Below are positions 30,809-42,032 of a DNA stretch of 64,000 nt, in pieces. The stretch spans positions 62,001 through 126,000 of the forward strand of contig OW569382.1 in the NCBI GenBank assembly GCA_937625935.1, read 5' to 3'. This DNA comes from Tetramitus jugosus (lineage: Eukaryota; Protista; Heterolobosea). The translations under genes and the position numbers were made by a program. Each line of letters starts with the position of its first letter. Position 1 is the first letter of the stretch. Under the pieces are notes generated by a model, which worked only from the letters and a program-made list of their open reading frames with translations, searched no databases and was not told where the DNA came from.

Positions 30809-31327
30809 TTGTCCAACTTTCAACCAGTTAACCACTTCCTAGTTGTATTCCAAATGTCATTCATCCTTGAAAAGCTGAAGGACGTGCGCCAGACCCTGTC
30901 CTTGTTGCTAACATTCTCCCAACCGGTAGAAAAACTTTGTGGTCAACCTACCTTTTACAGAGTATCGCCAGGGGACTACTACTATGGAGAGTCTGAACGA
31001 GAGGAAGCTGAGGGAGACTCAAATGGTGAAATTAAGAAGGAAAGAACGGATGGAAAACAACTGAATCGCATTGATATACCGGAGATTGCAACAACCATGA
31101 CCAAGATTGATCAATACTTGTCGCCACAGAGCAGCAACCGACAGAGTTTCCTCGAGAGAGACACACCTTTATCAAAGCATGAACTCTATACCGCTCACTT
31201 GAGTGAATGTCTGTGGAAAGACAAAGGAAAGGACGAGTACGAAGTCATGGAAGAAGAAGACATAGGAATGGCCTTTGACAGATGGTTCATTGAAAACACA
31301 ATGAGAGGAAATGCCATTGAAATGTGA
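30809..31327 (+). CDS. Hypothetical protein or degraded coding fragment
   Basis: 172-aa ORF at the island edge; no family recognised. Confidence 0.25.
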   Translation: MSNFQPVNHFLVVFQMSFILEKLKDVRQTLSLLLTFSQPVEKLCGQPTFYRVSPGDYYYGESEREEAEGDSNGEIKKERTDGKQLNRIDIPEIATTMTKIDQYLSPQSSNRQSFLERDTPLSKHELYTAHLSECLWKDKGKDEYEVMEEEDIGMAFDRWFIENTMRGNAIEM

Positions 31328-31471
31328 ATGTTCAAGTTAGAGATCACTGGAAAGTGCCGCACCAGGAGTGGCTACCTTGTATTTTAGGAGAGTGTTGTGA
31401 TAAAGAAGCTTCTCACATTGGAGGAATTTATTGTCATGAAAGGAATAAACACATTGAACACACATAGAGCT

Positions 31472-31941
31472 CTACTCAATCTTCAACAACTCAATCTCAA
31501 AGATCAAGGCCTGATTAGCAGGAATGCCCCAGGCAGGGAATCCTCTTGCTCCATACGCACTATTGGTCATTCAAAGAAACAACCAATCGAATTGTTAGAA
31601 CAATAATACTTCTTTGACTCAAACAAGCTTGCACAAGCAACCAAACAACAACAAAAAGCTTGCGCAACAATAACAAAACAACAAAAAGGAACTTACTAGT
31701 CAGATGTCATGAGCAACTTTGCCAATTCTCCCTGCTTCATAGTCAGCATTCCTTCATCCCATCCTCTAATCACCTTTCCCAAACCAACCATGAATGAGAA
31801 TGGCTTGTTGGTATCGTGAGTTGACCAAAACTTTTTTGGTGGCTCAGTGGCAAGGTATCCAGTGCAATGAACTGTAATGGTTTTGCCTGCGACTGGTGTG
31901 GGTCCAGTTCCTTCACGAATCACTTCCTTTGTCACTCCCAT
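31472..31941 (-). CDS. FKBP12: FKBP12-type peptidyl-prolyl isomerase (110 aa); intron 31560-31696
   Basis: MGVTKEVIREG...VHCTG...GKVIRGWDEG...TSDY|AYGARGFPAWGIPANQALIFEIELL. A GTAAGT...CTAAC...ATAG intron splits the Tyr codon. Confidence 0.96.
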
Positions 31942-32018
31942 TGTTTGTTGTTTGATCGATGTGGATGGAATTAATTGTTGTTTGATCGATTTATGAGGAT
32001 CAAAAAGAAAAATGTTTT

Positions 32019-32099
32019 TGCAAGCGGTGAGGTTCGAACTCACGAAGCTGATGCACTGGGTCTTAAGTCCAGCCCCTTTGACCACTCGGGAACGCTTGC
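32019..32099 (-). tRNA. tRNA-Leu(TAA)
   Basis: GCAAGCG/CGCTTGC acceptor stem, CCGAGTGGTCAAAGG D arm, CTTAAGA loop, long variable arm, GTTCGAACC. Confidence 0.92.
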
Positions 32100-32225
32100 T
32101 CATGTTTATTTGGCATTATTACTCCGAGTGGCTCCGAAAATTGAAAGGCAATTTTACGACTTGTTTTCGGCGGGATCCGCTGCTCTCGAGACCTGTTTCA
32201 CTTCACCGTCTTGAGAAAGAGTTAA

Positions 32226-33233
32226 ATGATCAATTCTGATCGGAACAAAGGTACGCTCAGTCCATCAAGAAACGCCTCTAGGAATCTCTCTCCCAAAGGT
32301 CAACACTCTCGGAACTCTAGAAGCAGCCCTTCGAGAAGACTTACCCCTTCAAGATCCAATGGCAACATCAAGAACCCAAATAATTTGTTGAATGAGTTCA
32401 TGCTATCAAAAAATCATACGAGAAAGAAAGTCAATAGACCAACATTCAAAATGGACATTGAAAATGCGAGATACGAGAGCGAAGACTATGAAGGAGGAGA
32501 TGAAAATGGAGAAGTAAATGTCTCTGATTCTGAAGCATTGGAAGAAGAAATTTTGACAAAGTTGGGAGAAGCTCTCAGATTAGAAGAGATAAAGCGAGAA
32601 GAAGAGAAGAAAGAGTTATCTCAAGACCTCGGATTGGATGATCAGTACCATGAAGATCACGGAGAAGACAAGTTGAGGGAGTTCATAGGAATAGAAGAAG
32701 GAAAGTTATCTCGCATAGAAAAGGATCAAAATATCAGTGAATCTATTGAATTTGAGCAACATGCACACAGACTCAACGATTCTGATGATGTACGAGATTT
32801 GATATCTCAACTGAAGCTGATTCGAAAACCTGAGGACGATTCTTTCCAACAATCACTTAACTTTGATGAATCAACAGTTCTGAGAGAGAAACCCAGCCCC
32901 GTAAAGAACGATAGTGTACAGAACCAAATCAATGAGATAGAGAAAATGATGAAGGAAAGAGATCGGAAGGAAGATGTATGGAGGAAGAAAGTAGATTCAC
33001 GGATAGAGAAATTACAAGAATGTATGATCCGACAATCTGAGGCATTAGAATCCCTTTCTCAAGTACTGAACAAGGAGATTGAGAACAGATTGGCAGGAGA
33101 GAACAAAGTTCAGAAATACATGACACTCCTGGCAGAAAAGGTTGCAACAGCGACCAAGAGTCACCTTACCAGCATGAACGAAATGCAAGATCTTGTATCA
33201 TCCACAAGGAGAAGTAGTAAACGGCCATTGTAA
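32226..33233 (+). CDS. Hypothetical coiled-coil protein
   Basis: 335-aa ORF with S/R-rich N-terminus and E/K-rich helical C-terminus. Confidence 0.7.
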   Translation: MINSDRNKGTLSPSRNASRNLSPKGQHSRNSRSSPSRRLTPSRSNGNIKNPNNLLNEFMLSKNHTRKKVNRPTFKMDIENARYESEDYEGGDENGEVNVSDSEALEEEILTKLGEALRLEEIKREEEKKELSQDLGLDDQYHEDHGEDKLREFIGIEEGKLSRIEKDQNISESIEFEQHAHRLNDSDDVRDLISQLKLIRKPEDDSFQQSLNFDESTVLREKPSPVKNDSVQNQINEIEKMMKERDRKEDVWRKKVDSRIEKLQECMIRQSEALESLSQVLNKEIENRLAGENKVQKYMTLLAEKVATATKSHLTSMNEMQDLVSSTRRSSKRPL

Positions 33234-33269
33234 TAAATAAAATGTATTGATTTTCAATTCCAAAACTTT

Positions 33270-36200
33270 CTAGGGCCATATGATGGGTCCCGAGTAACGT
33301 GCCTGAGCAACAAAAGCATGCTCTCGCAATTCTTTAGCGGTAGGCCTCTTCCGCCAATCTTTTATCCAACAAGCGAGTAGGAAATCACGACAGGTGTTCG
33401 ATAAGTTGGTGTTTTCGGGTATTGGTGGGTGTTCATCATTTACCATCCTATACATGGCAGATACTTGGTTCATCTCGTGATACGGGCGATGCCCAAACAG
33501 CATTTCGTACACGGAACATCCTAAACTCCAAATATCTGCTTGGAATGAGTATGGCAGTACTTGAATAACCTCTGGCGCAGAGTAGTGAGGAGTTCCGACA
33601 CAGCTTGTTCTCATACTCTCAATATTCAGAAGCTGGGCACTGACGCCAAAATCTGTAATCTTAACACCACCGGAGAGCGTGATAAGAATGTTCGCAGGTT
33701 TTAAATCTCGATGGATAATCTTCTTTGAGTGCAAGTAATCCAACCCTCGTAACGTTTGATAAACAACTTTGGATACGAGGGATTCTTTCAGAGAATCCTT
33801 TTTTTTGATCAGTTGCTCCAAGGATCCTCCATCGGCATACTCTAAAATCACGCTATACTCTTTAAGTTTGGAACTATATTTACATCCCATGTACTTCACC
33901 AAGTTTTTATGAGTCATCTGGCGTAAGATGTCAATCTCTAACTTAATAAACTTCTTTCCAATTTTCCCATTCTTTACAGGTATTCTTTTCACTGCAACCG
34001 TTTCCCCAGTATCGGACATAACTCCCCTGTATACCTTTCCATGACCTCCTGTTCCGACCAAATCATCTAACTCAACCACCAATTTTCTTGTCTTCTTTTT
34101 ACCGGCATCATCCAAAATAGCTACTTCTGCTTCGTCTTCCCAATCGTTTCGTATGGGAGGTTGATCTCGTTTTTTGCTCTTAACCTTTTCAGAGTGCTCG
34201 ATTTGCATCTGCAAATCCCCTAGTAATTGCGTAAACTGCAGCTTCTTCCTAGCATTCAGAGATGATTCTTTAGGCATCGCATCCTCATCATCCATTAATA
34301 CATTGTCGTCATCGTCGCCATTGTCAATTTTCTTTGACCAATCAATTGTCATGTCATGCTCCTCCTCTGAACCCTTATTTGGTTTCATTTGATTCGATGG
34401 TTCAGCATTTGCAAAGAGGGACTTATCAACAGCAGGAATATTTCGATTGTTTTTGGCATTGTCAACCTGTAGAGAAGTAAAATCTTCAAAGGATCGATTA
34501 GGTGTATCAGTTGGAAGATGTGGATCGTCACTAATCATCCTTGAATTGTATCTCTGGCCAATGCAAAACTGCTTCGATTCTGCAACATCTAATTTCACAA
34601 AGAACTTTACTCCTTCTTCTTCCAAACTCTTGAGTTCTTTAGATTTGTCCATCTTCTTCTTCATTTGATTCATTAGTTTGTCGCTATCAACCTGATATTG
34701 TTTTAGCATATCACTTAACATATTCTTTATCTGATCATCTGATTCTACTTCTCCGTCACTCTCTTCCTCGCCTGCTGTTGAACTTGTGAGGAAGAAACCT
34801 GAATCCAAAGTGTCAGCTATCCTATTTAAATCATTCATGATTACAACCTCAACTTCGTCATCAATAGGCACAGATATCGAATTACTAACTGATGATGCAA
34901 CAGAACTCAACAAATAGGAGGGAGATAAATGATTTTTGTGTGACGGTGAGGATTGCAAATCAGATGGATCCGCTTCTGCCGTACTCGATGAAAGGACCGA
35001 AGCTCTGCTCAAAACAGAAGCGCTCGGATCAGAAATAGACGCAACAGTAGATGAACTTGTTGGAGTCCATCTCTTCTGCCACCTAATAATTTCCTCGGTT
35101 AGTTTCTCTTTTTCTATCATCGGATCTATCTTTCTCCATCTCGATCCTAATCTACTATCCCTCATACTCTGAACCATTCTATCCACCATAGAATTTGCCG
35201 TCGACACAGCATTAACATTACTTATTGCTTCTCTTACTTTAACCGGAAGAGCAGCAGGACTACTCATTCTTGCTCTCCATCTCCTGAATTCTTCATCGAA
35301 ACGTTGGGCGTCTACCTTAAGTACCTCTGTTGCCTCTGTCGAACTCTTCTCGCCCTTTAACTCTGATTCTTCTCTTTGGGATCGGTAATCGCTCCAACTC
35401 TCCAAAGCACTAAACATTAGTTTTCTATAATATTTCAATCGACGCTTTCGTTTTTCCAAAACCTCCATCTGAGATTGGAGTTTTGTTCTGTCAGACGCTT
35501 TTCCACCCATGGCATCAAAATTTGTCGATGAAAGAGTAGCCTTTAGTAAATCTAGTTCTCTTGTGATAGACTTATACTCTTTCTCGATTATCATGGAGTT
35601 GAGATGAACATCCTTCTCTCTTTGGAACTTTATAGCTCGATTCTTGCCATCCAACTTGTTGGGAAACATTTCAATCATGCTAACATATCTTCCGGACTCT
35701 AATTTCTCTCGAATATCACCAATTGACTCTCCACTTTTTGTACTTGATAAAATTTCATGAATTGTTTGTTGGGTCGAACTTTGGTTCACAAGACTCGGTA
35801 TTCTCATGGTATCTTGTCTAGCAGTGTGCTTTGTTTCTTCATTGATAGTACTCCTATTGAAAATCAAGGGATTTCTTCTGTTCGCTACCATATCGTTTCC
35901 TTTCGTCATCACACTACTCCCTAGTTTCTGAACGCCCCCAGAAGGATTACTAACTACAAACTTTGGAGTAGGAAGTGTTAATAAATTATCAGCTTTTGTT
36001 TCAGTTGTCTTGATATTTGGAAGCAACATTTCATTCTCTTTCTTAGGTGATATCTCCAGATCCTCGGATGAGTTATCTATATCAGGTGTTCTCATCTCAA
36101 AGGTAGAATGAGATCTTCTTTTAGATCCGAAAACATCAGAAGTTCGAGGAGTGGTTGGTTGAGGAACTGGAGTCTTCGATCGTTGGTAATTGGATGGAGA

Positions 36201-36833
36201 AACGGCATTTTTATACCGACTGTCAGTACCTGATTGTGGACTGAAGCCAAAGTTAACAATGCTGTTCTGGGTTGATAATATTGATTTTCTAGTTAATGGA
36301 GGAGGTCGCTTCTGCTTGTGTGTTCGATTGGGAGAAGTTTCTGGTGAAGTTGGAATGTCCTCAGCCTTTGGTGAACTATTCTTCTTTTCAATTGTATCAC
36401 TCACTGAATAGAGAGATCCCGTCGCTAGTAACCCTCCAAAACCCGTTGGAGTATGGACCACTCTCTTAGTAGAAGCTCCAGGAACTCTCTTTTGAGCAAT
36501 CAGTGGTTGTTGTTGCAAGAATATGTTGGATTGAGTGGTCAATGTCTCCTTTTTCACTCGTTTCTTGCGCTTTTGTTTTGTACTTTCTTCTTCGACTTCG
36601 TTCATATCATTATTCGCCAAATAATTGGTGTTCTCTACACTATCATTCTTCATCGTATTCAATTTGGGCTCATTATTCGTCCTATACTTTTTCATGATAG
36701 ATGAATCTTCTCTTCTTGTTGAGTATTCCTGTTGGGTTTGTTGTAACAAGCTACTCGCTTCCTCGCTTGTCCTAACATCTTGTTTTTCATCCTGTGGTGG
36801 CCCTGATGTCTCAAAGGTCAAATTTTTGCTCAT
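33270..36833 (-). CDS. STE-group (MAP3K/Cdc15-like) Ser/Thr kinase with long N-terminal extension; start uncertain (frame open to 36977)
   Basis: GTGGHGKVY, VAVK, HRDLKPANIL, DFG, GTPHYSAPE, DIWSLGC. Confidence 0.92.
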   Translation of the reverse strand: MSKNLTFETSGPPQDEKQDVRTSEEASSLLQQTQQEYSTRREDSSIMKKYRTNNEPKLNTMKNDSVENTNYLANNDMNEVEEESTKQKRKKRVKKETLTTQSNIFLQQQPLIAQKRVPGASTKRVVHTPTGFGGLLATGSLYSVSDTIEKKNSSPKAEDIPTSPETSPNRTHKQKRPPPLTRKSILSTQNSIVNFGFSPQSGTDSRYKNAVSPSNYQRSKTPVPQPTTPRTSDVFGSKRRSHSTFEMRTPDIDNSSEDLEISPKKENEMLLPNIKTTETKADNLLTLPTPKFVVSNPSGGVQKLGSSVMTKGNDMVANRRNPLIFNRSTINEETKHTARQDTMRIPSLVNQSSTQQTIHEILSSTKSGESIGDIREKLESGRYVSMIEMFPNKLDGKNRAIKFQREKDVHLNSMIIEKEYKSITRELDLLKATLSSTNFDAMGGKASDRTKLQSQMEVLEKRKRRLKYYRKLMFSALESWSDYRSQREESELKGEKSSTEATEVLKVDAQRFDEEFRRWRARMSSPAALPVKVREAISNVNAVSTANSMVDRMVQSMRDSRLGSRWRKIDPMIEKEKLTEEIIRWQKRWTPTSSSTVASISDPSASVLSRASVLSSSTAEADPSDLQSSPSHKNHLSPSYLLSSVASSVSNSISVPIDDEVEVVIMNDLNRIADTLDSGFFLTSSTAGEEESDGEVESDDQIKNMLSDMLKQYQVDSDKLMNQMKKKMDKSKELKSLEEEGVKFFVKLDVAESKQFCIGQRYNSRMISDDPHLPTDTPNRSFEDFTSLQVDNAKNNRNIPAVDKSLFANAEPSNQMKPNKGSEEEHDMTIDWSKKIDNGDDDDNVLMDDEDAMPKESSLNARKKLQFTQLLGDLQMQIEHSEKVKSKKRDQPPIRNDWEDEAEVAILDDAGKKKTRKLVVELDDLVGTGGHGKVYRGVMSDTGETVAVKRIPVKNGKIGKKFIKLEIDILRQMTHKNLVKYMGCKYSSKLKEYSVILEYADGGSLEQLIKKKDSLKESLVSKVVYQTLRGLDYLHSKKIIHRDLKPANILITLSGGVKITDFGVSAQLLNIESMRTSCVGTPHYSAPEVIQVLPYSFQADIWSLGCSVYEMLFGHRPYHEMNQVSAMYRMVNDEHPPIPENTNLSNTCRDFLLACWIKDWRKRPTAKELREHAFVAQARYSGPIIWP

Positions 36834-37511
36834 TCGAATACTGCCTCCAACATTGTAAGTGGATTTTCGAATGGAAAGATGACTTTGCCTCTGTCCTTTA
36901 CCTATCACAGTCAAGAATGAAAATGTCAGCACAGTACACACAGAAAGAAAACAAATTCTCTGTGTTGAATCGAACAAAAAGAGAGTTTTTCAAGATGAGA
37001 TACCGTACGAATTAGCGGTTGACTCATGATTCTATGCTAACATAGGAACAGAGGTTATATTTACGCAAGGTGATGGAAGGTGGAATAGTACTTCTATTGT
37101 TCTCGTTGCTCAAGAGTTTCTCGTTCCTTCTAGTGCACCAGCAATCAAAAATATCGAGAGGTGTTCACTTGGGAAAATGAAAGAAACTGCGAACATCTGT
37201 AATTCCCAACAACGCTCGAGATATTTCTCCGCTGTATCGTCTCCAAATCTATGATAAAATTTGAAAAGTTATGATTTCATTTTCCCTGTGAGCAAACATG
37301 ATCATAATTGATTGTGGTATTACAAATTCATAACGCCTCTTCACAGCCGTACTATCGCTGTAGGTAATGTGTCATCTTGCTGTTCAACGTTTCACAAGGT
37401 CGGTGAAATTCGCCGAAAAATTTGACATTTGACGGGCTGCTAGAAACGAAAATTTCCACCGAAACCAACAAACAACAAAACGACTACACCAACAACAACA
37501 ACAATCGAGAA

Positions 37512-38324
37512 ATGACTCCAGACCCAACCAGTGCACCACTCGAACCAGACACTGAGAGTGGAGAAGAAAAACTACAACAACAGCCAACAACAAAAGAAGA
37601 AGAAGAGGCAACTACAACTACAATCACTACTTCTCCTTCCTTCTTAAATTGTATGTGTGAAAAAATTGTGTTGTGAACAAAATCATCGTTATCATGTTTA
37701 AAACTCACTCACTCACCAAAAAACTCCAACTTGAATTTTTTTTTTCCTGCTTTCAAAAAAACAACTTGAATTTACACACAAAAAAACAATCAACAAACAA
37801 CAAACAACAATGATAATGACAATTAGCAACCGATATTCTGTCCTCTATTTTTCGGTTCTTTTCCATCAAGGAACTATCAGAAGTATTGTCCAAGGTGTCT
37901 CGTCAATGGTGCATCGAAGCCACTAAAACCGAGAATGAATTTTGGAAGGATCCCAATTGTGTCATCACCTTTAGTAACATCATGTTTGATGCAAAGACTG
38001 GTGATGTGCTATTGGACTTTAATCGAACGGATTTTGTCTCATTTGTCTTTTCTCAAATTTTGAAGCATGATCTTCAATTTTCGATGCCTACTGTATCATC
38101 AACAACAACATCTCCACCATCATCACCTTCTTCCTCCTCTGCACCATCACCACTCACTATTCATAGTAACATGAACAATAATAACAACAACAATACTAAT
38201 ACTACTACTACTAATAATAGTAAGCTATTGACATTATTGTATACGAGCATACCATACGAGTATCAAAATTTGGACGTTGTGACCAACACCAAGAGAAACA
38301 ACAATAGACAATCAACCAAATATC

Positions 38325-38355
<31 letters not shown>

Positions 38356-40489
38356 TTCGTCATCACCAGCATCATCCAATCGAAATCGCGGCAACCATAA
38401 CAACAACAGCAATGGCCACAACAGCAATCATTATTCATCAACAATGGACAATAATCAACTTCAACAACACATTCGTGAGAGCATTAGCTCACAATATGGT
38501 GATACGAGTGATGATGATACTTCATCATCGACATCTTCAGTCGATGGTCAACTCATCAAAACTCACTTGTTTCCCGTAGCGCCCACCGATATGACTGCAG
38601 AGCTATCCTTTTCACAAACCAATTATTCGTTCCTGTACTTGCACGACGGTCGATTTATTTTTATATTATTGGGCAATAATGTGTCATGTTTCGACATGAT
38701 TGGCATGACTCAAATTTGGCACATTCATCTCTATGATAAGAGAACTCCAAAATTCCTGTTTGTCAACATGTTTTCTCAGAATAGTCGATACGTGTTTGTT
38801 GCACTGCCACAAGACGTGTTTTGTATTGAGAAGCGTCGTGGTACCAAATTCAATCTCATGTCCATGGTACTGTCACTTGATTATCAATCTACTGGTCGAT
38901 CCAATCAGAATAAGACTGGTGTGAAGAAGCGTGAGCGTGTCAAGGACTTGGAAGTTGATGATCACATGGTGGTGATTGTAACGGGTGATAATTTGATTGT
39001 GAATACGGGTATTGATTTTACGGACGTTCAAATCTATGCAAGACATCACATGGATATTCAAAAGGACAAGATTAGTGGTCTATCAGGAGGAGGTGGAGGT
39101 GGTGGTGGAGCTTCTCCCGTTCACAACAACAACATGGCTCACATGAGCATCATGTTCTCCAATTATCAACTATCGAGGAAAAAGACATTGTTGAACATGG
39201 GTCTGGACGCACCCAAATTACTATTGTTTGATGGTGATAACAACTTTTTGACCAGTGCCCTGTGCAAGAACAAGGATCGACACAATGTGCTCATGAAAAA
39301 ATCAGTGGGCAGTTTGCCGCCCTATTTCTGCCTAGTCAATGATTCGGAGCGTGAACTGCGAGTGATTAACAAGGATGGACAGCGTATTCACATTTTGAAT
39401 GTGCCAAGCACGAGTCCACCACCACCTGCCAGATCAACCATCAATGACAATTACAATGAACCCATTGATTTCACCTATCAGGCCAAGAGATATTTACTTC
39501 AAGGTGATTTTGGATCAGAGAGATGGTATTTGATTCATCCCGAGAGTGGTATTATCACTGATTTGTCTCATCTAGGTGTGAAGCATGACCGATTGTTTGT
39601 TGTGGAGAATGCAGAGGGATCATTGTTGGGACTGTTGAGTCTCAGTGTCAAGGGCAAAAAGATTGTCTATTGGGAACGAGTGGAGCCACAAGCCACAAAC
39701 AATGATGAGTCTTCTCAGCAGCAACAGCAACATGCCTGTGAGTTCAAAGTTAAATGGACCAGTGAGATGCTCTGGAAGGAATCCTTTTACAAGTTTGAGC
39801 TCGATGGTGCCTGTCGATTCTACTATGACAAGAGACGTCATTATTTCATCATTACCAGAACAGTTTCCGATTCGCGTCGTTTCCTGAGCAAGGAACAAAG
39901 ACTCGATGTTGAATTGTCTGTTTATGAGAGTGCTGGTGGAAAACTCCTATGGAAGAAGCAAGTGGAGTGCTATACGGGCAATGATCCATACGCTGAGAAG
40001 GGATTCCATATCAAGACAAATAACAAGCAGCTATTTGTCATGTCATACTTTGTCCCTGTTTCTCCAAAGAGGACGGTTGTGTCTCTGCTACCAACGACAC
40101 CCACTTCAACTGGTCCAAGCTCGCAACAACTAGGAGTTGCATCGCCAAGCAAGTCATCCAATTCGAGCAACAATGGAGGTACATCTGTCATTACGGCATT
40201 CAATATCGAAACTGGAAATTTGGACTTTACGCACAAGCACAAGAGAAAGGTTGATTTATTGGACCACGTGTTACAACATATTTTGTATCAGAATTTGAAC
40301 GGCGGTAACAAGACTTTTGGTCGATTAGTGGACAGTGGATCAGCACAAGACCTCAGAGCACTGATGGATACAGAACCAAGTGAAAACTCTCACACGGAGC
40401 TATCGCCTCGTGTCGATTCATCTCCGCGCAACAAGACAAAGAAGCCCACCAATCGGAAGGACAAGAAGGAAAAGTGTAACGTACAATAA
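37512..40489 (+). CDS. F-box protein with low-complexity inserts and probable beta-propeller; predicted intron 37651-37826
   Basis: Splicing at GTATGT...TTAG gives 'FLNSTDILSSIFRFFSIKELSEVLSKVSRQW' (F-box). PQQ-like segments 'GGKLLWKKQV' and 'AFNIETGNL'. Confidence 0.72.
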
Positions 40490-40764
40490 ACAACCAGTGC
40501 CTGAACAAGGAAAATTGAAGATAGCTGCATTTGAGATGAGTGACCTGTTGTTCTACTTTGTTTGACAGAATGGCTCTTCATTGATTCCTAAATGTTCAGC
40601 AAATTGCTCGGTTACGCTGAGAATATATTTCTTTGATTATTTGACGAATTCCTGGTCTTTATGTACAAAATGATGGTGATAAAAAGCTCTGTGTGGGTGT
40701 GTTGTAACCTAAGACGCAACCTCCTAAATGGCGCGCGAACAAAAATGGGAGAAAAAAGCGAAGC

Positions 40765-41394
40765 TTAGCTTTCTCTGACAATCTTCTTCAAGGCAGCAAC
40801 CCACTCATCTCTCTCAGCTTGATCCTTTGGTAGAATGTAGCAGGCTCTGCCTCTAGAATTGAATGAGAAGACATTTTCTCTTCCAACTTCAGCCACGTCT
40901 TCAAGGTCGACCAATGCTTGCTTGTACACCATGGAGCCCTCTGGCTTGCCTCCCATTTGAAAGTTGTTCATGCTCTTGAACCAAATGAACTTGTCTTCAC
41001 GTGCGACAAAAAATCTAGGCTTCCATTTCTTGAGAATGTCAGATCTCTTGAGCATTTCACCCATTTTAAGCACTCGTTTGCCATCCTTGTCCAGAGCTTT
41101 TGACAACTCGTCAATGTCCGTCGAAGCCAAATTTATGGTGTGTCTCTTGTTAAAGCCCGACTGTAGGCGCAGAGATTGAGCGGGAAGGAGCGACAACCTT
41201 TTTCGTGATTTTTCAGTTGGTGTGCCATCCCCGTTTGACTCGTCATTTTCCCGAATCGCACGTGTCAATTCCTCAAAACGTTGAAGTCGCTCGATTTCAC
41301 TTTCTTCCAACTTGTTCTTGCTGAGGTCGATACTCTTATGCCTAGACTCTCTCAAGTTTGTACTCATACGATTACTACTGTTTCTGTTGCTCAT
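40765..41394 (-). CDS. PH-domain protein
   Basis: 'LKMGEMLKRS...WKPRFFV...WFKS...PEGSM...ERDEWVAALKK'. Confidence 0.9.
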   Translation of the reverse strand: MSNRNSSNRMSTNLRESRHKSIDLSKNKLEESEIERLQRFEELTRAIRENDESNGDGTPTEKSRKRLSLLPAQSLRLQSGFNKRHTINLASTDIDELSKALDKDGKRVLKMGEMLKRSDILKKWKPRFFVAREDKFIWFKSMNNFQMGGKPEGSMVYKQALVDLEDVAEVGRENVFSFNSRGRACYILPKDQAERDEWVAALKKIVRES

Positions 41395-42032
41395 GTCTGT
41401 ATCCTATTGAATGAATGATGTTGCTCTTACTTAGTTTGGTTAGTGAACTTGGTTCTTGGTGATGTTTCGTTCTCTCAAAAAGAGGCTAGTTCTTTGTTGG
41501 AGGTAACAGTTGGGATGTTGTTAGCTCTGAGCTTAAGTGTATGTAGGTGGTGGTTAGTTGTTGTTTCGTTTCTTCGTGCGTGTGTGGGTTGGTCGTTGGA
41601 AGACAATGATGGAGGAAGCTGAAGGTGGAATGGGAGTGTGTGGATGAGACACTGTGTCGCGGGCCCTTTTTGGTTGTAAAAGGTGGTGTCAGAGCTACAG
41701 TTAGAAATCCGGATTTGTTGTTTCGAGAATTCAGGTGCTTTGGGAGGATTGTCAAGTGTCGCGCATACGGTCTTTTGTGATTGGGAGGTGTCTCACGTCA
41801 CCGAAGGGGTTTTTGACGCGCAAACCGGCAGAGCTCACATGGGTGAACTGGTCTACAGTTTTCATCCAGTGGTGATCGAGTGATTGGAAGATAGGTTTTA
41901 CAATTCTTTCTTGAACAATAAATTGAAGGAGACCTTCAACGAGAAGATCGAAAACATCAGCAGATCTTCAAAGAGGTTTCCAACATCAAATTCAAGAAAA
42001 AAAAGGAAGATAAAAAAACGAACAACAACGAA

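Noticed and set aside
31696-32103. FKBP12 appears truncated at 'TSD*' in the ORF track
   Set aside because: The TAG is TA|G at a GTAAGT donor. Exon 2 (31559-31472) restores a complete 110-aa FKBP12. The track's N-terminal extension is read through tRNA-Leu.
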